The notes under the pieces are model-generated. The model made no database searches, had not been told where the DNA came from, and was given only the letters and a program-made list of their open reading frames with translations. From contig JABLXA010000001.1 of NCBI GenBank assembly GCA_013178415.1, forward strand, positions 33,445 through 97,444: a stretch of DNA of 64,000 nt, given 5' to 3'. Below, in pieces: positions 11,131-21,351 of the stretch (the stretch's first letter is position 1; each line of letters starts with the position of its first letter). Made by a program: the position numbers and the translations under genes. The DNA comes from Bacillota bacterium. Lineage in GTDB: Bacteria; Bacillota; SHA-98; Ch115.

Positions 11131-11556
11131 TCAGCTCTTTATGGCAATAATAAGCGCTCCGGCGACGATCAGAAGACCGCCGATCAGCGCCCCGGCATTT
11201 ACCTTCTCCTTCAGGAATATGAACGCAAAAGCCATCGCAAATACTACTCCGAGCTTGTCTATGGGAGCGACGCGGGAGGCAGGCCCTAATTGTAGCGCCC
11301 GATAATAGCATAGCCAGGAAGCTCCTGTGGCCAGGGCGGATAGAAAGAGAAAGAAAAGTGTCTTTTGCGGAAGGCGCAAAGGGTTTTCCCATTGCCTCGT
11401 CCCAATGACGATTCCCCCGGAGAATATCAGCACGACGATAGTCCTGAGAAAGGTGGCAAGATTCGAATTGATCCCTGTTACCCCGATTTTCCCGAATAGC
11501 GCGGTCAGGCCGGCGAAAAACGCCGAACCTATCGCGAAGTAAACCCAACCAGCCAA
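11131..11556 (-). CDS. Small EamA/DMT-superfamily membrane protein (4 TM).
   Basis: 141 aa, four hydrophobic helices, EamA-like sequence. The overlapping alternative frame 11123-11548 was rejected. Confidence 0.55.
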   Translation of the reverse strand: MAGWVYFAIGSAFFAGLTALFGKIGVTGINSNLATFLRTIVVLIFSGGIVIGTRQWENPLRLPQKTLFFLFLSALATGASWLCYYRALQLGPASRVAPIDKLGVVFAMAFAFIFLKEKVNAGALIGGLLIVAGALIIAIKS

Positions 11557-11563
11557 TTGACCC

Positions 11564-12658
11564 TCATCCCCCTGATACCATTTTCAGATCCAGTTGCCTT
11601 ACCGCGGGCGGCGCCACAACGGTCCGCCTTCCAGAATCATTCTGGCCTTTTGCGGCCGGCTCTGCCACCATTGTGCACCATTCAAGCACTGTCTCCGTTA
11701 GAGGTATGGCATCTATCCCGGTGCCTTCTATGAGGGCGCTCTTCGGCGTCGGTAAGGCCCTAACCCTGATAGCATTCTGCACTGAGAAATTCCATCCCAG
11801 TTTCTTGAAACTATTTAGAGCTTTGCTCCGGGTCCCAAAATCGGAAAGGCCATTCTTGTAGAGAAATTCTATAGTTGCAAGGTCATCCTCCTGGTCAAAC
11901 AGGGATATCGCCATAAGTCTGCCGGAGATGACCCGGGCAAGCTCCTGCAAGGCAGCGATTCCATCGCGGATATTCTGCAATCCGACATTGGTCGTTACTA
12001 TTGGTAGCGAATTCCCTTTGAAAGGCATCTTTCTTGCGTCAAAAGCAATGAAATTGGCATGATCATCCAGGCCGAGCCATTTGAAACGACGCTGGTCTCG
12101 ACGCAGTACCTGCGGGCTGAAGTCCGTCACGACGACATCCCGTCCGGCCAGCTCCTGCAACATTGCCTGGGCGAGAGCGCCCCTGCCTGATGCCAGGTCC
12201 AGGATGATACCATCAAGCCGGGATACCCTATCCAGAACAAATTGGAATTCTAATTCGCGGCCTTCCCGATATTCCGCGGTGTATATCTCCAGGTCAGCCA
12301 CGCAATAGGCTTCCTCTGCCTCGTGGAATTTGCCTCTTTCTTCGAGAATCATGGCTCTAAAGAATTTATCTGCAGGAGCGAGAGATTCAAGTGGAGAATC
12401 CAATAATCTCTCCTCGACTTCGGGATGGTCTGCCAAATAACGCGATATGTAGCTCCCCTGTGATTCCCAGAGGTCTTCTCTCGGAAGGTCCGGCGTGAGA
12501 AATACGGCTATGCCATCTCTCACCGGATATGTGGCTCCGCAACTATCGCAGCACGCCAGGCCTTCAAGAATTCTGTAGCTATCTCTCATGATAATAGTCC
12601 ACGACAGGTCCCCCCGGCAAGAGGGACATTGGAGCAATTCAAGCAGGAATTCGTGCAC
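11564..12658 (-). CDS. Class I SAM-dependent methyltransferase with an N-terminal Trm112-like zinc ribbon.
   Basis: CPSC...CDSCGATYPVRDGIAVF zinc ribbon, and MTase motif I ILDLASGRGALA...VVVTDFS. Confidence 0.7.
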   Translation of the reverse strand: MHEFLLELLQCPSCRGDLSWTIIMRDSYRILEGLACCDSCGATYPVRDGIAVFLTPDLPREDLWESQGSYISRYLADHPEVEERLLDSPLESLAPADKFFRAMILEERGKFHEAEEAYCVADLEIYTAEYREGRELEFQFVLDRVSRLDGIILDLASGRGALAQAMLQELAGRDVVVTDFSPQVLRRDQRRFKWLGLDDHANFIAFDARKMPFKGNSLPIVTTNVGLQNIRDGIAALQELARVISGRLMAISLFDQEDDLATIEFLYKNGLSDFGTRSKALNSFKKLGWNFSVQNAIRVRALPTPKSALIEGTGIDAIPLTETVLEWCTMVAEPAAKGQNDSGRRTVVAPPAVRQLDLKMVSGG

Positions 12659-13051
12659 CTTAGATCGCCTCTCTCTACCATATGACTAGTCCGGCCAACG
12701 GCTCGGGCGGCATATGCTGGTTTCACGCAAAGCGGGCGGCGTTCTCTGCCACATGCCCGATTTAGCCTCTTCATTATACAGGCAAGACGAAAGGAATTCC
12801 ACATATTTTCTGTGAAAATACCTTGAATCATGTGGATTAGCTCCTGGGCTGGTGAATTGGCGCTCGAGCCGGTGGTATGATTTGCTTCAGAAATGCACCC
12901 TGCAAGAAGAAAATGTGTTTTCGTACTTGGCTGACTGAGAGCCTTGATGATGCTGGAGGCGAGGGAAGGGGAGGGCGAAGGCGGGACATGCGCCATGACG
13001 CTGACTTGCCCGGGAGGGCTTTTGTTGTATGCTTATGTAAAACACGGATCT

Positions 13052-13753
13052 CTAAAAAGAGGCGATTGCGAGCATCAAACCCGATGTGACCCTTATTGTA
13101 GCAGACTGTGAAGTGAATACATTGCTTACACCAAGAGAGCTTCCAAATGAAAGTACAGCATCGTGAAGGGGATAGGCCAGCCCGTCTGTGGTCACGCCTT
13201 TCACCTGGGGAGTCATCGGGATAAGGGATAAAAGATCGCCTGGTTTTCCTTCCAGGACGAGCGTATCCGGTCCGCCGTAGTCAGGGGCGATGGCCCGGAT
13301 CCGACTATGCTTATCGATGATAGTGACATCAATCTGCCTTATGGCAAGTGACATGAGAAGGGTAATATTAGCCAGGGCGTGATCAATTCTGCCCCCAAGG
13401 GCGCCAAGGAATATAATTCTTTTGAATCCAAGGTCGAGCGCATAATCCGCTGCGAGTTCGGTATCTGTTTTGTCCTTTTCTGCCGGATATGTAAGGATCT
13501 TGACTCCCTTCTGCCGCCAGGATTCAAGGATCTCCGGCCCTGTAGAATCGAAATCTCCTATTATAATTTGGGGGACTAAACCAAGCACTTCTGCGATCTC
13601 GCTTCCTCCGTCCGCGCAGATGATGAAATCATCCGGGGCCAGAAGGCCCCGGTAAAACCCATCTCGATCCTCATTCTCATAGGTTCCATTTGCGAAAATG
13701 ACGGCACGGCCGAATTCTCTATTGATTTCGGCCTGCTCTACCTTTTCTTCCAC
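13052..13753 (-). CDS. thiN: Thiamine pyrophosphokinase.
   Basis: TPK catalytic-domain pattern (ICADGG, GDFDS, KDKTDTELA, GALGGRIDH) plus the thiamine-binding C-terminal domain. Confidence 0.8.
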   Translation of the reverse strand: MEEKVEQAEINREFGRAVIFANGTYENEDRDGFYRGLLAPDDFIICADGGSEIAEVLGLVPQIIIGDFDSTGPEILESWRQKGVKILTYPAEKDKTDTELAADYALDLGFKRIIFLGALGGRIDHALANITLLMSLAIRQIDVTIIDKHSRIRAIAPDYGGPDTLVLEGKPGDLLSLIPMTPQVKGVTTDGLAYPLHDAVLSFGSSLGVSNVFTSQSATIRVTSGLMLAIASF

Positions 13754-14378
13754 CGAAAACCCTCCCGGAACGCAATAATGCTTCTATGATTATGGCTGAT
13801 ATGATCAATTCCGGAATGATGTAACTGGCATTGTATATCGCGGAGTAAACCACCGGGCTTTGCCCCTTTGGAGCGTATGAGGCAAAGAATATTATTCCAG
13901 ATAGAAAGTGCACAAAGAAACGGGCTATACATCCCAGTGAAACGCCCGCTAACGGGCGCTCCCTGAAGAATCCCGCCAGACCAATGGCTGCAAAGGGCAA
14001 TGGATAGTCCATTATCAGTTGAATGGGGTGAATGATATATGGTTCAACAAAGAGCTTCCCAAACCCAAAGAGCGCTCCGCCGAGTACCCCTGCCTTCGGC
14101 CCCTTCCTGAAGGCCAGGTAAAATATAGGCACCATCTCTAGAGATACTGAGCCACCTTGCGGCATCCTGAGCACTTTTATAAATTGCAGGACTATCGCAA
14201 GAGCTACCGCGACCCCGATTTCCGCTATGTCACTGGCCCTTATAGCCACAGCGCCGGCTCCGGACGCCCTCCTTACATCTGTTGAGAGTCCGTTTCCCTT
14301 TTCGTTGCCCTTTCCCGCCTTTTCTGTTGTTGTGGACCTATTTCCCTTTTCGTTAACCTTCCCCGCTTTTTCTATCAT
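13719..14378 (-). CDS. thiT: ECF-transporter S component for thiamine (ThiT-like), with a low-complexity, Lys/Gly/Glu-rich, internally repeated N-terminal tail. The six-frame ORF extends to 14576; the start is chosen at the ATG at 14378, preceded by GGAGAGGAG.
   Basis: Multi-TM protein that resembles ThiT. It sits directly downstream of a TPP riboswitch and upstream of, and overlapping, thiN. Confidence 0.6.
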   Translation of the reverse strand: MIEKAGKVNEKGNRSTTTEKAGKGNEKGNGLSTDVRRASGAGAVAIRASDIAEIGVAVALAIVLQFIKVLRMPQGGSVSLEMVPIFYLAFRKGPKAGVLGGALFGFGKLFVEPYIIHPIQLIMDYPLPFAAIGLAGFFRERPLAGVSLGCIARFFVHFLSGIIFFASYAPKGQSPVVYSAIYNASYIIPELIISAIIIEALLRSGRVFGGRKGRAGRNQ

Positions 14379-14529
14379 GCTCTCTATCTCCTCTCCACAT
14401 CCCTTGAAGGATACCCGTGTTGCCGGGACAACGTCAAATGGCATCCGGCTACCTTCATAGAAGATAACGCAGAGAGGCGCAGGCGGGTGAACCTGGTGTA
14501 TGTAGTTTTTAATGAGTCTGAATCGGCAA

Positions 14530-14559
14530 TAAAAAGCGCCTACCAGAAAGAGTAGGCGG
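14530..14559 (-). terminator. Riboswitch expression-platform terminator hairpin (CGCCTAC...GTAGGCG followed by a T-run on the minus strand).
   Basis: 7-bp stem, 8-nt loop, then TTTTTATTG on the minus strand, immediately 3' of the TPP aptamer. Confidence 0.45.
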
Positions 14560-14582
14560 AAGGATCCGAAAATCAATTCTCC

Positions 14583-14722
14583 CGCTTCCCTACGCTGGTA
14601 TTACCCAGTGCCGATCGCCCTTCAGGCCCTTCGAATCGGCAAGCATCAGGTTCTAAGGGTTGGCGCAGCTACCTCTCTTGAAATAGCCCCGCCTTCTCAG
14701 CCTCGCGAGCACCCCTAGCGGT
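14583..14722 (-). promoter_or_regulatory. TPP (thiamine pyrophosphate, THI-box) riboswitch controlling thiT-thiN.
   Basis: The minus strand contains GGGGUGC, CUGAGA and the 3' box CUGGGUAAUACCAGCGUAGGGAA (consensus ACCUGAUCUGGAUAAUGCCAGCGUAGGGAA), in the correct order and spacing. Confidence 0.85.
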
Positions 14723-14946
14723 ATCCTCTATTCTTTTATAAAATTCATATCACATTCTTTCTCAAAGTGCAATAGTATCTGCCCAGCTTGCCCAGCTACC
14801 CAGCGACCAAGGGTACGTCAAAGTCCTGCGATATAGTTGCCACTCCATATATCGGAACCCAAAAGCCCTTGCCCCCTGGCCCTCGTGCTGGGTACAGTGA
14901 GCTGGACAGGGGAGCAGCAATTTATAATGCCTGACTTAGCATTCGG

Positions 14947-15372
14947 TCAGGCTCGGGCATCAAGATTTCTAGCGTCAATGTAGGCCTTGAGGAGAATCTG
15001 CAATATGTCAGGGGTTATCTTGTTGCTCAGAGCCCTTTCAATAATAGGGAAATAATCAGGAACCTTCTCGCGGTATTCAGGGCTTGCTTCATCTATAGCT
15101 TTGGCCAGGGACTTCCCCAATCCCTGTTGCGCCCTCCACATTGCATAGTTTCTAAGATTTGTCCTGCCGACAAGATAATCTACCGATACATCAAAGAAAT
15201 CGGCGATCTGCATCATGATCTCTATGCTCGGTTTGCGCCTGCCTGATAGGTATTGAGATAGTGTAGATTCCGCTACATGGAGATGGCGTGCGAACTCCTG
15301 TTGCGACATGTTCTTCTCCTCAAGCAAGCCTCTTAGCCTGCGTTCAAATTCCACAATGATCACCATTTCCAT
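14947..15372 (-). CDS. XRE-family (Cro/C1-type HTH) transcriptional regulator.
   Basis: HTH segment LSQQEFARHLHVAESTLSQYLSGRRKPSIEIMMQIADFFDVSVDYLVG. Confidence 0.75.
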   Translation of the reverse strand: MEMVIIVEFERRLRGLLEEKNMSQQEFARHLHVAESTLSQYLSGRRKPSIEIMMQIADFFDVSVDYLVGRTNLRNYAMWRAQQGLGKSLAKAIDEASPEYREKVPDYFPIIERALSNKITPDILQILLKAYIDARNLDARA

Positions 15373-15426
15373 AATACAAGGGAAATGGAAAATAGATAGA
15401 AATGTTCACAAATCGATAAAGCAAAG

Positions 15427-15455
15427 GTTGACAATTCTCAGATTGTGAATTAATA
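15427..15455 (+). promoter_or_regulatory. Strong sigma70-like promoter (TTGACA - 17 nt - TAATAT), about 690 nt upstream of the Opp/Dpp-like operon.
   Basis: TTGACA at 15427-15432, a 17-nt spacer, TAATAT at 15450-15455. Confidence 0.5.
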
Positions 15456-16139
15456 TGGATATCAGAAAATCTATCTAAAGCTGACCAGTAATATAATTTC
15501 AAAGAAACTGCATAAGCATAAAGTATGGTAGACTGAAGGGAAAATGTCCACTTTTCCCCCGGCGAATGAAAGGATAGGCGGGCCTATATCAGCCTAGATG
15601 CGATCTTTCGGGTCTTTCCTCTCTCGGAGGTTATCATCTGGGGAAACCTCCGCTGGTATTACTCCTGCTCAAATATCGTTGGGAGCGACCGTTCCAACAG
15701 TTACAGGGAGCAGGGACTATAGCGGCTCAGGAGAGTTCTTTTCCATATGCTAACTCGGGTCTGAAGGGGGGAGTTCTGATGACCTGAATAGAATCAAGAC
15801 CATCTTATGCGTCACGCCACATTGAATATTGGCTGCGACAGTGACGAAATAAAGGAGATTAGGAAGCTACGAATCCTGTGAGAAGGCAACAAGGGGCTTA
15901 CCGGTCTCGCATGGGAAATGTCCAGTAACTTGCCCGTTTCATGACAGTCCTCCATGCCGGCTTTCGGCCGGCACCGTCGAAAGGATGGGAATGCCGTCGG
16001 GATGTTTTCAGAGTAAATTCAAAGGAAATTTATGGATGAAATAGTATAGATAAGCCAGGAAAGGGAATGACAGGGTTAAGGTATATGGAGCAATTGTGAT
16101 TTTGCGGAGGAGTTCATCCTATGTAAGGGAGAGATACCG

Positions 16140-18059
16140 ATGAGCAGGTTCTCCAAGCCATCTTTGGTAGTAGCATTTGCGTGCATCATGATTACTTTGC
16201 TAGCAACGAGCGGCTTTTGTGCCCAGAAGTATAACGAAGCCCCGATGCTTAGTGCACTGGTGAAAGCAGGGAAGCTCCCGCCGGTAGAAAAGCGTCTTCC
16301 TGTATCGGAGGATATTTATGTGGTAAAGCCGGTAGAGGAGGTTGGAGTCTACGGCGGAACATGGAGAATGGTGGATACCAGTCCAGGAATGGGCTTCTGG
16401 AACATGGTGAATGAGGTAGAGCCTTTAGTCCGCTGGAATAGGGTGAAAGATGGGTATGAAGGGTTTAAACCGGGTCTTGCAAAGGCATGGACCTACAGTA
16501 ACGATGGCAAAGCATGTACCATCTATCTGCGCCGAGGCGTAAGGTGGTCGGATGGGCAGCCTTTTACCACCGATGATATTATGTTCTGGTGGAAGGATCT
16601 GATTACAAATAAGGATTATGGTTTTGAGATGCCCCCACGGTGGGCCTGGAGAGCGGGCAAACTGATGGAGGTGGAAAAGGTTGATGATTACACAATAAAG
16701 TTCAAATTCGCCGCCCCCTACTATACTTTCCATACCGCAATTGCCCAAGGTTTTTGGGAAAACGTCGGCTATCTTACGCCCAAGCATTACCTAAAGCAGT
16801 TTCATCCAGCATATAACCCTAAACTTAAGGACTATCAAGCATTGAGAGAGAAAAGAACTAATCCTCATTTGAACCCCGAATACCCTGTACTATACGCCTG
16901 GAAGACGGTTTCCTGGGATGCTTCAAAAGGGGTCTTAGTTGCAGAACGCAATCCGTATTACTGGAAGATAGATACTAAAGGGAATCAGCTCCCATACATC
17001 GATAGAGTGGAAGTTACTATCGTGCAGGATCCCAAATTAATACCTTTGAAGGCTATAGCAGGTGAACTTGATGCCCAATTTCGGCCTTTTGAACTCAAGG
17101 ACGCCTCGCTCTTGATGGAAAACCGTTCGAAGGGAAACTATAGAGTCCTCAGGTGGGCCGTAGGCGATGGAGGAGCTACGGTGTTTTACGTGAACTGGGA
17201 CGTCAAGGACCCTAAGCTGCGTCCGATCTTCCGCAATCAGGACTTCCGTATAGCACTCTCCCTAGCCATAGATCGAAACCGTATCAACCAGATTGTCTGG
17301 AACGGTCTTGCTACCCCGGCTCAGGCTACTATGGGGAAATATCTGATCCATTATCAAGGGGTCACCTGGGCGCAGGATTTCCATAAGGAATGGACCACAA
17401 CATATTCCGAATATAACCCTGAGAAGGCTAAAGGTCTTCTGGATAGAGTAGGACTCAAAGATGTAAACAAAGATGGGTGGCGAGAACTCCCCGATGGATC
17501 CCCGCTAAAGCTGTTAATTGATGTCGGTGCTTCCGACCTCACAGCTATAGATGGCCTTGAGCTAGTTGCCAAAGATCTGAAAGCTATAGGTCTCAATGTC
17601 TCGTTGAATACGATAAGCCCTGAGCTTTGGGGAGTTCGTGCCCAGAATGGTGAGTTCCACTTCCAGGGATGGGGTACTGCTGGAGATATAGATTTGATAA
17701 ACTATCCGGATAACATCTTCCCTATAGGAAATTCACGTTTCCACCCATTGACCGGCCTATGGCATCAAACAGGAGGGAAACAGGGCGAACCTCCAGAAGG
17801 TCCGATGAAGAGGTTACTGGATCTCTATGAAAAGGCACTGGGAACACGAGATGAAGTGGAGCGGAATAAGGTAGTATTGGAGGCCTGCAAGATACATATT
17901 ACTGAGGGTCCCTTTGCGATCGGGGCATGCTATGATCTTCCGGCTATAGTGGTCGTGAAGAATAATTTTAGGAACATCCCCGAGTTTGGGATCACGGGAC
18001 CTTGGGCTATAGGTGAGCCAGGAACTTCCGAACCAAGCCAGTTCTTCTTCAAGAGGTAA
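16140..18059 (+). CDS. ABC transporter substrate-binding protein, family 5 (Opp/Dpp-like), paralog 1.
   Basis: Signal peptide / lipobox-like N-terminus, 639 aa, SBP_bac_5 pattern. About 70% identical to the ORF at 22468-24405. Confidence 0.85.
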   Translation: MSRFSKPSLVVAFACIMITLLATSGFCAQKYNEAPMLSALVKAGKLPPVEKRLPVSEDIYVVKPVEEVGVYGGTWRMVDTSPGMGFWNMVNEVEPLVRWNRVKDGYEGFKPGLAKAWTYSNDGKACTIYLRRGVRWSDGQPFTTDDIMFWWKDLITNKDYGFEMPPRWAWRAGKLMEVEKVDDYTIKFKFAAPYYTFHTAIAQGFWENVGYLTPKHYLKQFHPAYNPKLKDYQALREKRTNPHLNPEYPVLYAWKTVSWDASKGVLVAERNPYYWKIDTKGNQLPYIDRVEVTIVQDPKLIPLKAIAGELDAQFRPFELKDASLLMENRSKGNYRVLRWAVGDGGATVFYVNWDVKDPKLRPIFRNQDFRIALSLAIDRNRINQIVWNGLATPAQATMGKYLIHYQGVTWAQDFHKEWTTTYSEYNPEKAKGLLDRVGLKDVNKDGWRELPDGSPLKLLIDVGASDLTAIDGLELVAKDLKAIGLNVSLNTISPELWGVRAQNGEFHFQGWGTAGDIDLINYPDNIFPIGNSRFHPLTGLWHQTGGKQGEPPEGPMKRLLDLYEKALGTRDEVERNKVVLEACKIHITEGPFAIGACYDLPAIVVVKNNFRNIPEFGITGPWAIGEPGTSEPSQFFFKR

Positions 18060-18127
18060 AAGTGTTAAGTTATTGGAGCAAGTGGCCCTTTTCTCTGCCA
18101 CTTGCTCCTCTATGAGGAGACTTCAAG

Positions 18128-19111
18128 ATGCGGGAATTTATGATTCGAAGGTTCCTTTACCTGATACCCACATTAATTCTAATCAGCATCGTCAGCTTCA
18201 TCATCATAAACCTGCCTCCGGGTGACTATCTCACAGCTCGCATTGCGGAGCTTGAGATGGCGGGTGATACCACATCCCGCCAGTACCTGGAGCAGTTGAA
18301 GACCTACTATGGCCTGGATAGGCCTGTGTATGTTCAATACATAAAATGGGTTACCCGGTTCGTCAGGGGGGATTTTGGCATATCGTTTGAGTATAACAAG
18401 CCGGTCAAAGACCTGATCAAGGAGAGGTTAGCCTTAACCATCCTTCTTTCGCTTTCGACCATGGTCTTCACCTGGGTGGTTGCAGTGCCCATAGGGATCT
18501 ACTCAGCCACCCACCAGCACTCATTCCTGGATAGGTTCTTCACATTTGTAAGCTTTGCGGGCATGGCCACCCCGGGTTTCCTTTTAGCTCTGGTGATAAT
18601 GGTTCTGGTCCTGATGAGGTTCAACCAATCCCTTATAGGGTTATTCTCCCCCCAATATGTGAATGCCCCCTGGGACCTTGCCAAATTCATAGATATGCTG
18701 AAACATCTCTGGTTGCCGGTAGTTCTCATTGGTTTCTCTGGGACTGCGGGGCTCATAAGAATCACTCGAGGGAACCTATTGGATGTGCTGGGACAACAGT
18801 ATATCCTCACAGCTAGGGCTAAGGGTCTCAAGGAGGCTATGGTGATATACAAGCATGCTATGAGGATAGCAATAAATCCCCTTATCAGCATCGCTGGCAT
18901 GAGCCTCCCGGGAATTATAGGCGGGGAGATGCTTACATCAATAGTCCTAAACCTCCCCACTACCGGTCCGCTGTTTTATAGGGCGCTTCAAGTACAGGAT
19001 ATGTTCCTGGCGGGGAGTTTCCTTATGTTCCTTGTGGTGTTCCTGGTGATCGGAAACTTCCTAGCGGACCTGGCCCTTGCGTGGGCGGATCCAAGAATCA
19101 GATACGAATGA
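18128..19111 (+). CDS. ABC transporter permease, DppB/OppB-like.
   Basis: N-terminus MREFMIRRFLYLIPTLILIS, 6 TM, and an EAA-like loop. Confidence 0.85.
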   Translation: MREFMIRRFLYLIPTLILISIVSFIIINLPPGDYLTARIAELEMAGDTTSRQYLEQLKTYYGLDRPVYVQYIKWVTRFVRGDFGISFEYNKPVKDLIKERLALTILLSLSTMVFTWVVAVPIGIYSATHQHSFLDRFFTFVSFAGMATPGFLLALVIMVLVLMRFNQSLIGLFSPQYVNAPWDLAKFIDMLKHLWLPVVLIGFSGTAGLIRITRGNLLDVLGQQYILTARAKGLKEAMVIYKHAMRIAINPLISIAGMSLPGIIGGEMLTSIVLNLPTTGPLFYRALQVQDMFLAGSFLMFLVVFLVIGNFLADLALAWADPRIRYE

Positions 19112-19125
19112 TGAGGGGAAAGAAG

Positions 19126-20277
19126 ATGGGAAAACAGGTTGAGGAATTCAAAGATCTTGAAGAACGGCTTTTGGAGGAAGAAGAGGATAAGGATTACGGG
19201 CTCTCTTACTGGCAGCTTGTTTGGAGGAAGTTCCGGCGCGATAAGGCTGCGCTTTTGGGTGGGGGTATACTTATCCTGTTCTATATTACAATGGTGTTCT
19301 TTGCGGAGTTCTTTGCGCCTTACCACCTGGAAACCAGGTTTATAGAGCATATAAACGCGCCGCCACAGCGGTTTCATTTCATCGATACCAATGGGAGGTT
19401 TCACCTTCGCCCCTTTGTTTACGGCCTCAAACAGGAGGTGGATTTCGAGAGTTTCACCAAGGTGTTCAAGGAGGATAGAAGCAGGGTCTACCCGGTAAGG
19501 TTCTTCGTGCGGGGTGATTCCTACCGGCTTATGGGGTTATTCCCTGGGAACATACATCTGTTCGGGGTTGAGGGCCAGGGCACTATCTTTCTGTTCGGTA
19601 CGGATAGACAGGGCAGGGACCTGTTCTCGCGCATATTCTACGGAGGCAGGATCTCCCTTACGGTGGGCCTGGTGGGGGTTTTCCTGAGCATATTCTTCGG
19701 GACGGTTATCGGGATAGCATCCGGGTATTATGGGGGGACCGTAGATAACATAGTCCAGAGGTCCATAGAGTTCCTTATGTCATTCCCTGCTATACCTCTA
19801 TGGATGGGGCTTGCGGCTGCTCTCCCGCCTGACTGGTCTTCGATAAAGGTTTACTTTGGTATTACCATCATCCTCTCGGTAATAGGTTGGGGAAGCCTCG
19901 CAAGGCAGATCCGTGGCAAGGTGCTTTCGCTCAGGGAGGAGGAGTACATACTGGCTGCAAAGGCCATGGGGGCCGGGGAGGGGAGCATAATCTTCACCCA
20001 TCTTCTCCCCAACTGCTTTAGTCACATAATCGTGATAGCAACCCTTTCCATACCCGGCATGATACTGGGTGAGACCTCCCTGAGCTTTCTGGGGCTCGGG
20101 ATCAAGCCCCCTATGACTAGCTGGGGGGTTCTCCTGCAGGAGGCCCAGAATGTAAGGACCGTTGTGCAGACCCCCTGGCTCTTGATCCCTGTCGGGTTTG
20201 TGATCCTGACGGTCCTCTGCTTCAATTTCCTTGGGGACGGGTTGCGGGATGCCGCCGACCCCTTTGTACGTATCTAG
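19126..20277 (+). CDS. ABC transporter permease, DppC/OppC-like, with a charged N-terminal extension. The start is chosen at the ATG after GAGGGG; the ORF opens at 19081.
   Basis: BPD_transp_1 core (GTDRQGRDLFSRIFYG...). Overlap-coupled to the upstream permease. Confidence 0.8.
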   Translation: MGKQVEEFKDLEERLLEEEEDKDYGLSYWQLVWRKFRRDKAALLGGGILILFYITMVFFAEFFAPYHLETRFIEHINAPPQRFHFIDTNGRFHLRPFVYGLKQEVDFESFTKVFKEDRSRVYPVRFFVRGDSYRLMGLFPGNIHLFGVEGQGTIFLFGTDRQGRDLFSRIFYGGRISLTVGLVGVFLSIFFGTVIGIASGYYGGTVDNIVQRSIEFLMSFPAIPLWMGLAAALPPDWSSIKVYFGITIILSVIGWGSLARQIRGKVLSLREEEYILAAKAMGAGEGSIIFTHLLPNCFSHIIVIATLSIPGMILGETSLSFLGLGIKPPMTSWGVLLQEAQNVRTVVQTPWLLIPVGFVILTVLCFNFLGDGLRDAADPFVRI

Positions 20278-20316
20278 CTACGAAAAGGCGATGAAAAAGG
20301 AAACGGATGGGAGAGT

Positions 20317-21351
20317 ATGAGCGAAGTGTGTGAGGGAAATCCATCTTTGGCCGACAGGCTCATCGAAATCCAGGACCTGAGCGTGCATTTCTATTATGAA
20401 GAAGGGGTAGTAAGGGCTGTTGACGGGATAGACCTTACAATATCAAGGAGGCGTGTCCTGGGCCTGGTCGGGGAGAGCGGCTGCGGGAAGAGCGTCACGG
20501 CCCTGTCCATCCTGAACCTGATCCCGCGTCCCCCTGCCAAAGCGAAGGGCAGGATTCTGTTTTTCGGCACGCCCGGTGAACCCTTGGACCTCATTAACCT
20601 CTATCCGAAGGGGGACACGATCCGGGGTATAAGGGGAAAAGAGATCTCCATGATATTTCAGGAACCTATGACCTCCCTTAATCCGGTATATACCATAGGG
20701 GAGCAGATCACAGAGGCCATAGTCCTTCACCAGAAAATAGATAAGAGGGAAGCACGGAGGAAAGCTATAGAGATGCTGGAAAGGGTGGGGATTCCATCCC
20801 CGGAGCGGAGAATAGACGATTATCCGCATCAACTTAGCGGCGGTATGCGGCAGAGGGTTATGATCGCCATGGCGCTTTCCTGTAACCCGGCCCTTTTGAT
20901 AGCAGATGAACCCACGACAGCCCTGGATGTTACCATACAGGCCCAGATACTGGAGCTCATGAAGGAGTTACAGGAAGAATTCGAGTCCTCGATCCTGATC
21001 ATCACCCACGACCTGGGTGTAGTGGCTGAGATGGCCCATGAAGTGGCTGTAATGTATATGGGCCAGATAGTTGAGTATGCAGGCGTAAGAGAGGTCTTCC
21101 ATAACCCACTTCACCCCTACACCCAGGGGCTCCTCAAGTCCGTGCCGGTCCTGGGCAGGGGAGGAAGGGAGAGGCTGGTACCCATTGAAGGCTCTGTGCC
21201 AGACCCCTATTCTCTGCCAAAGGGGTGCAGATTCAGGCCCCGGTGCCGTCATCGGGATAGGATGTGCCTTGAATTGCCGGCTCTGGTCGAATGTGAAAAG
21301 GGCCACCTGGTCCGATGCCATCTGTATGGAGGGGCGGAGAATGCGGGGTAA
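20317..21351 (+). CDS. ABC transporter ATP-binding protein, OppD/DppD-like.
   Basis: Walker A GESGCGKS, signature LSGGMRQR, Walker [13 protein letters not shown], and an oligopeptide C-terminal Cys/His-rich tail. Confidence 0.85.
   Translation: MSEVCEGNPSLADRLIEIQDLSVHFYYEEGVVRAVDGIDLTISRRRVLGLVGESGCGKSVTALSILNLIPRPPAKAKGRILFFGTPGEPLDLINLYPKGDTIRGIRGKEISMIFQEPMTSLNPVYTIGEQITEAIVLHQKIDKREARRKAIEMLERVGIPSPERRIDDYPHQLSGGMRQRVMIAMALSCNPALLIADEPTTALDVTIQAQILELMKELQEEFESSILIITHDLGVVAEMAHEVAVMYMGQIVEYAGVREVFHNPLHPYTQGLLKSVPVLGRGGRERLVPIEGSVPDPYSLPKGCRFRPRCRHRDRMCLELPALVECEKGHLVRCHLYGGAENAG

Noticed and set aside
11123-11548. Alternative-frame 141-aa ORF overlapping the EamA gene
   Set aside because: Its translation is Arg-rich and non-membrane-like, while the other frame gives a clean 4-TM EamA-type protein.
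15456-16139. Possible TPP-like or other riboswitch in the long leader upstream of the Opp-like operon
   Set aside because: A stretch (CCTCCGCTGGTATTAC) superficially resembles part of the THI-box, but the other conserved elements (CUGAGA, GGGGUGC, correct pairing) are absent. I could not assign any known riboswitch class by eye, so it is kept only as an unexplained long leader.
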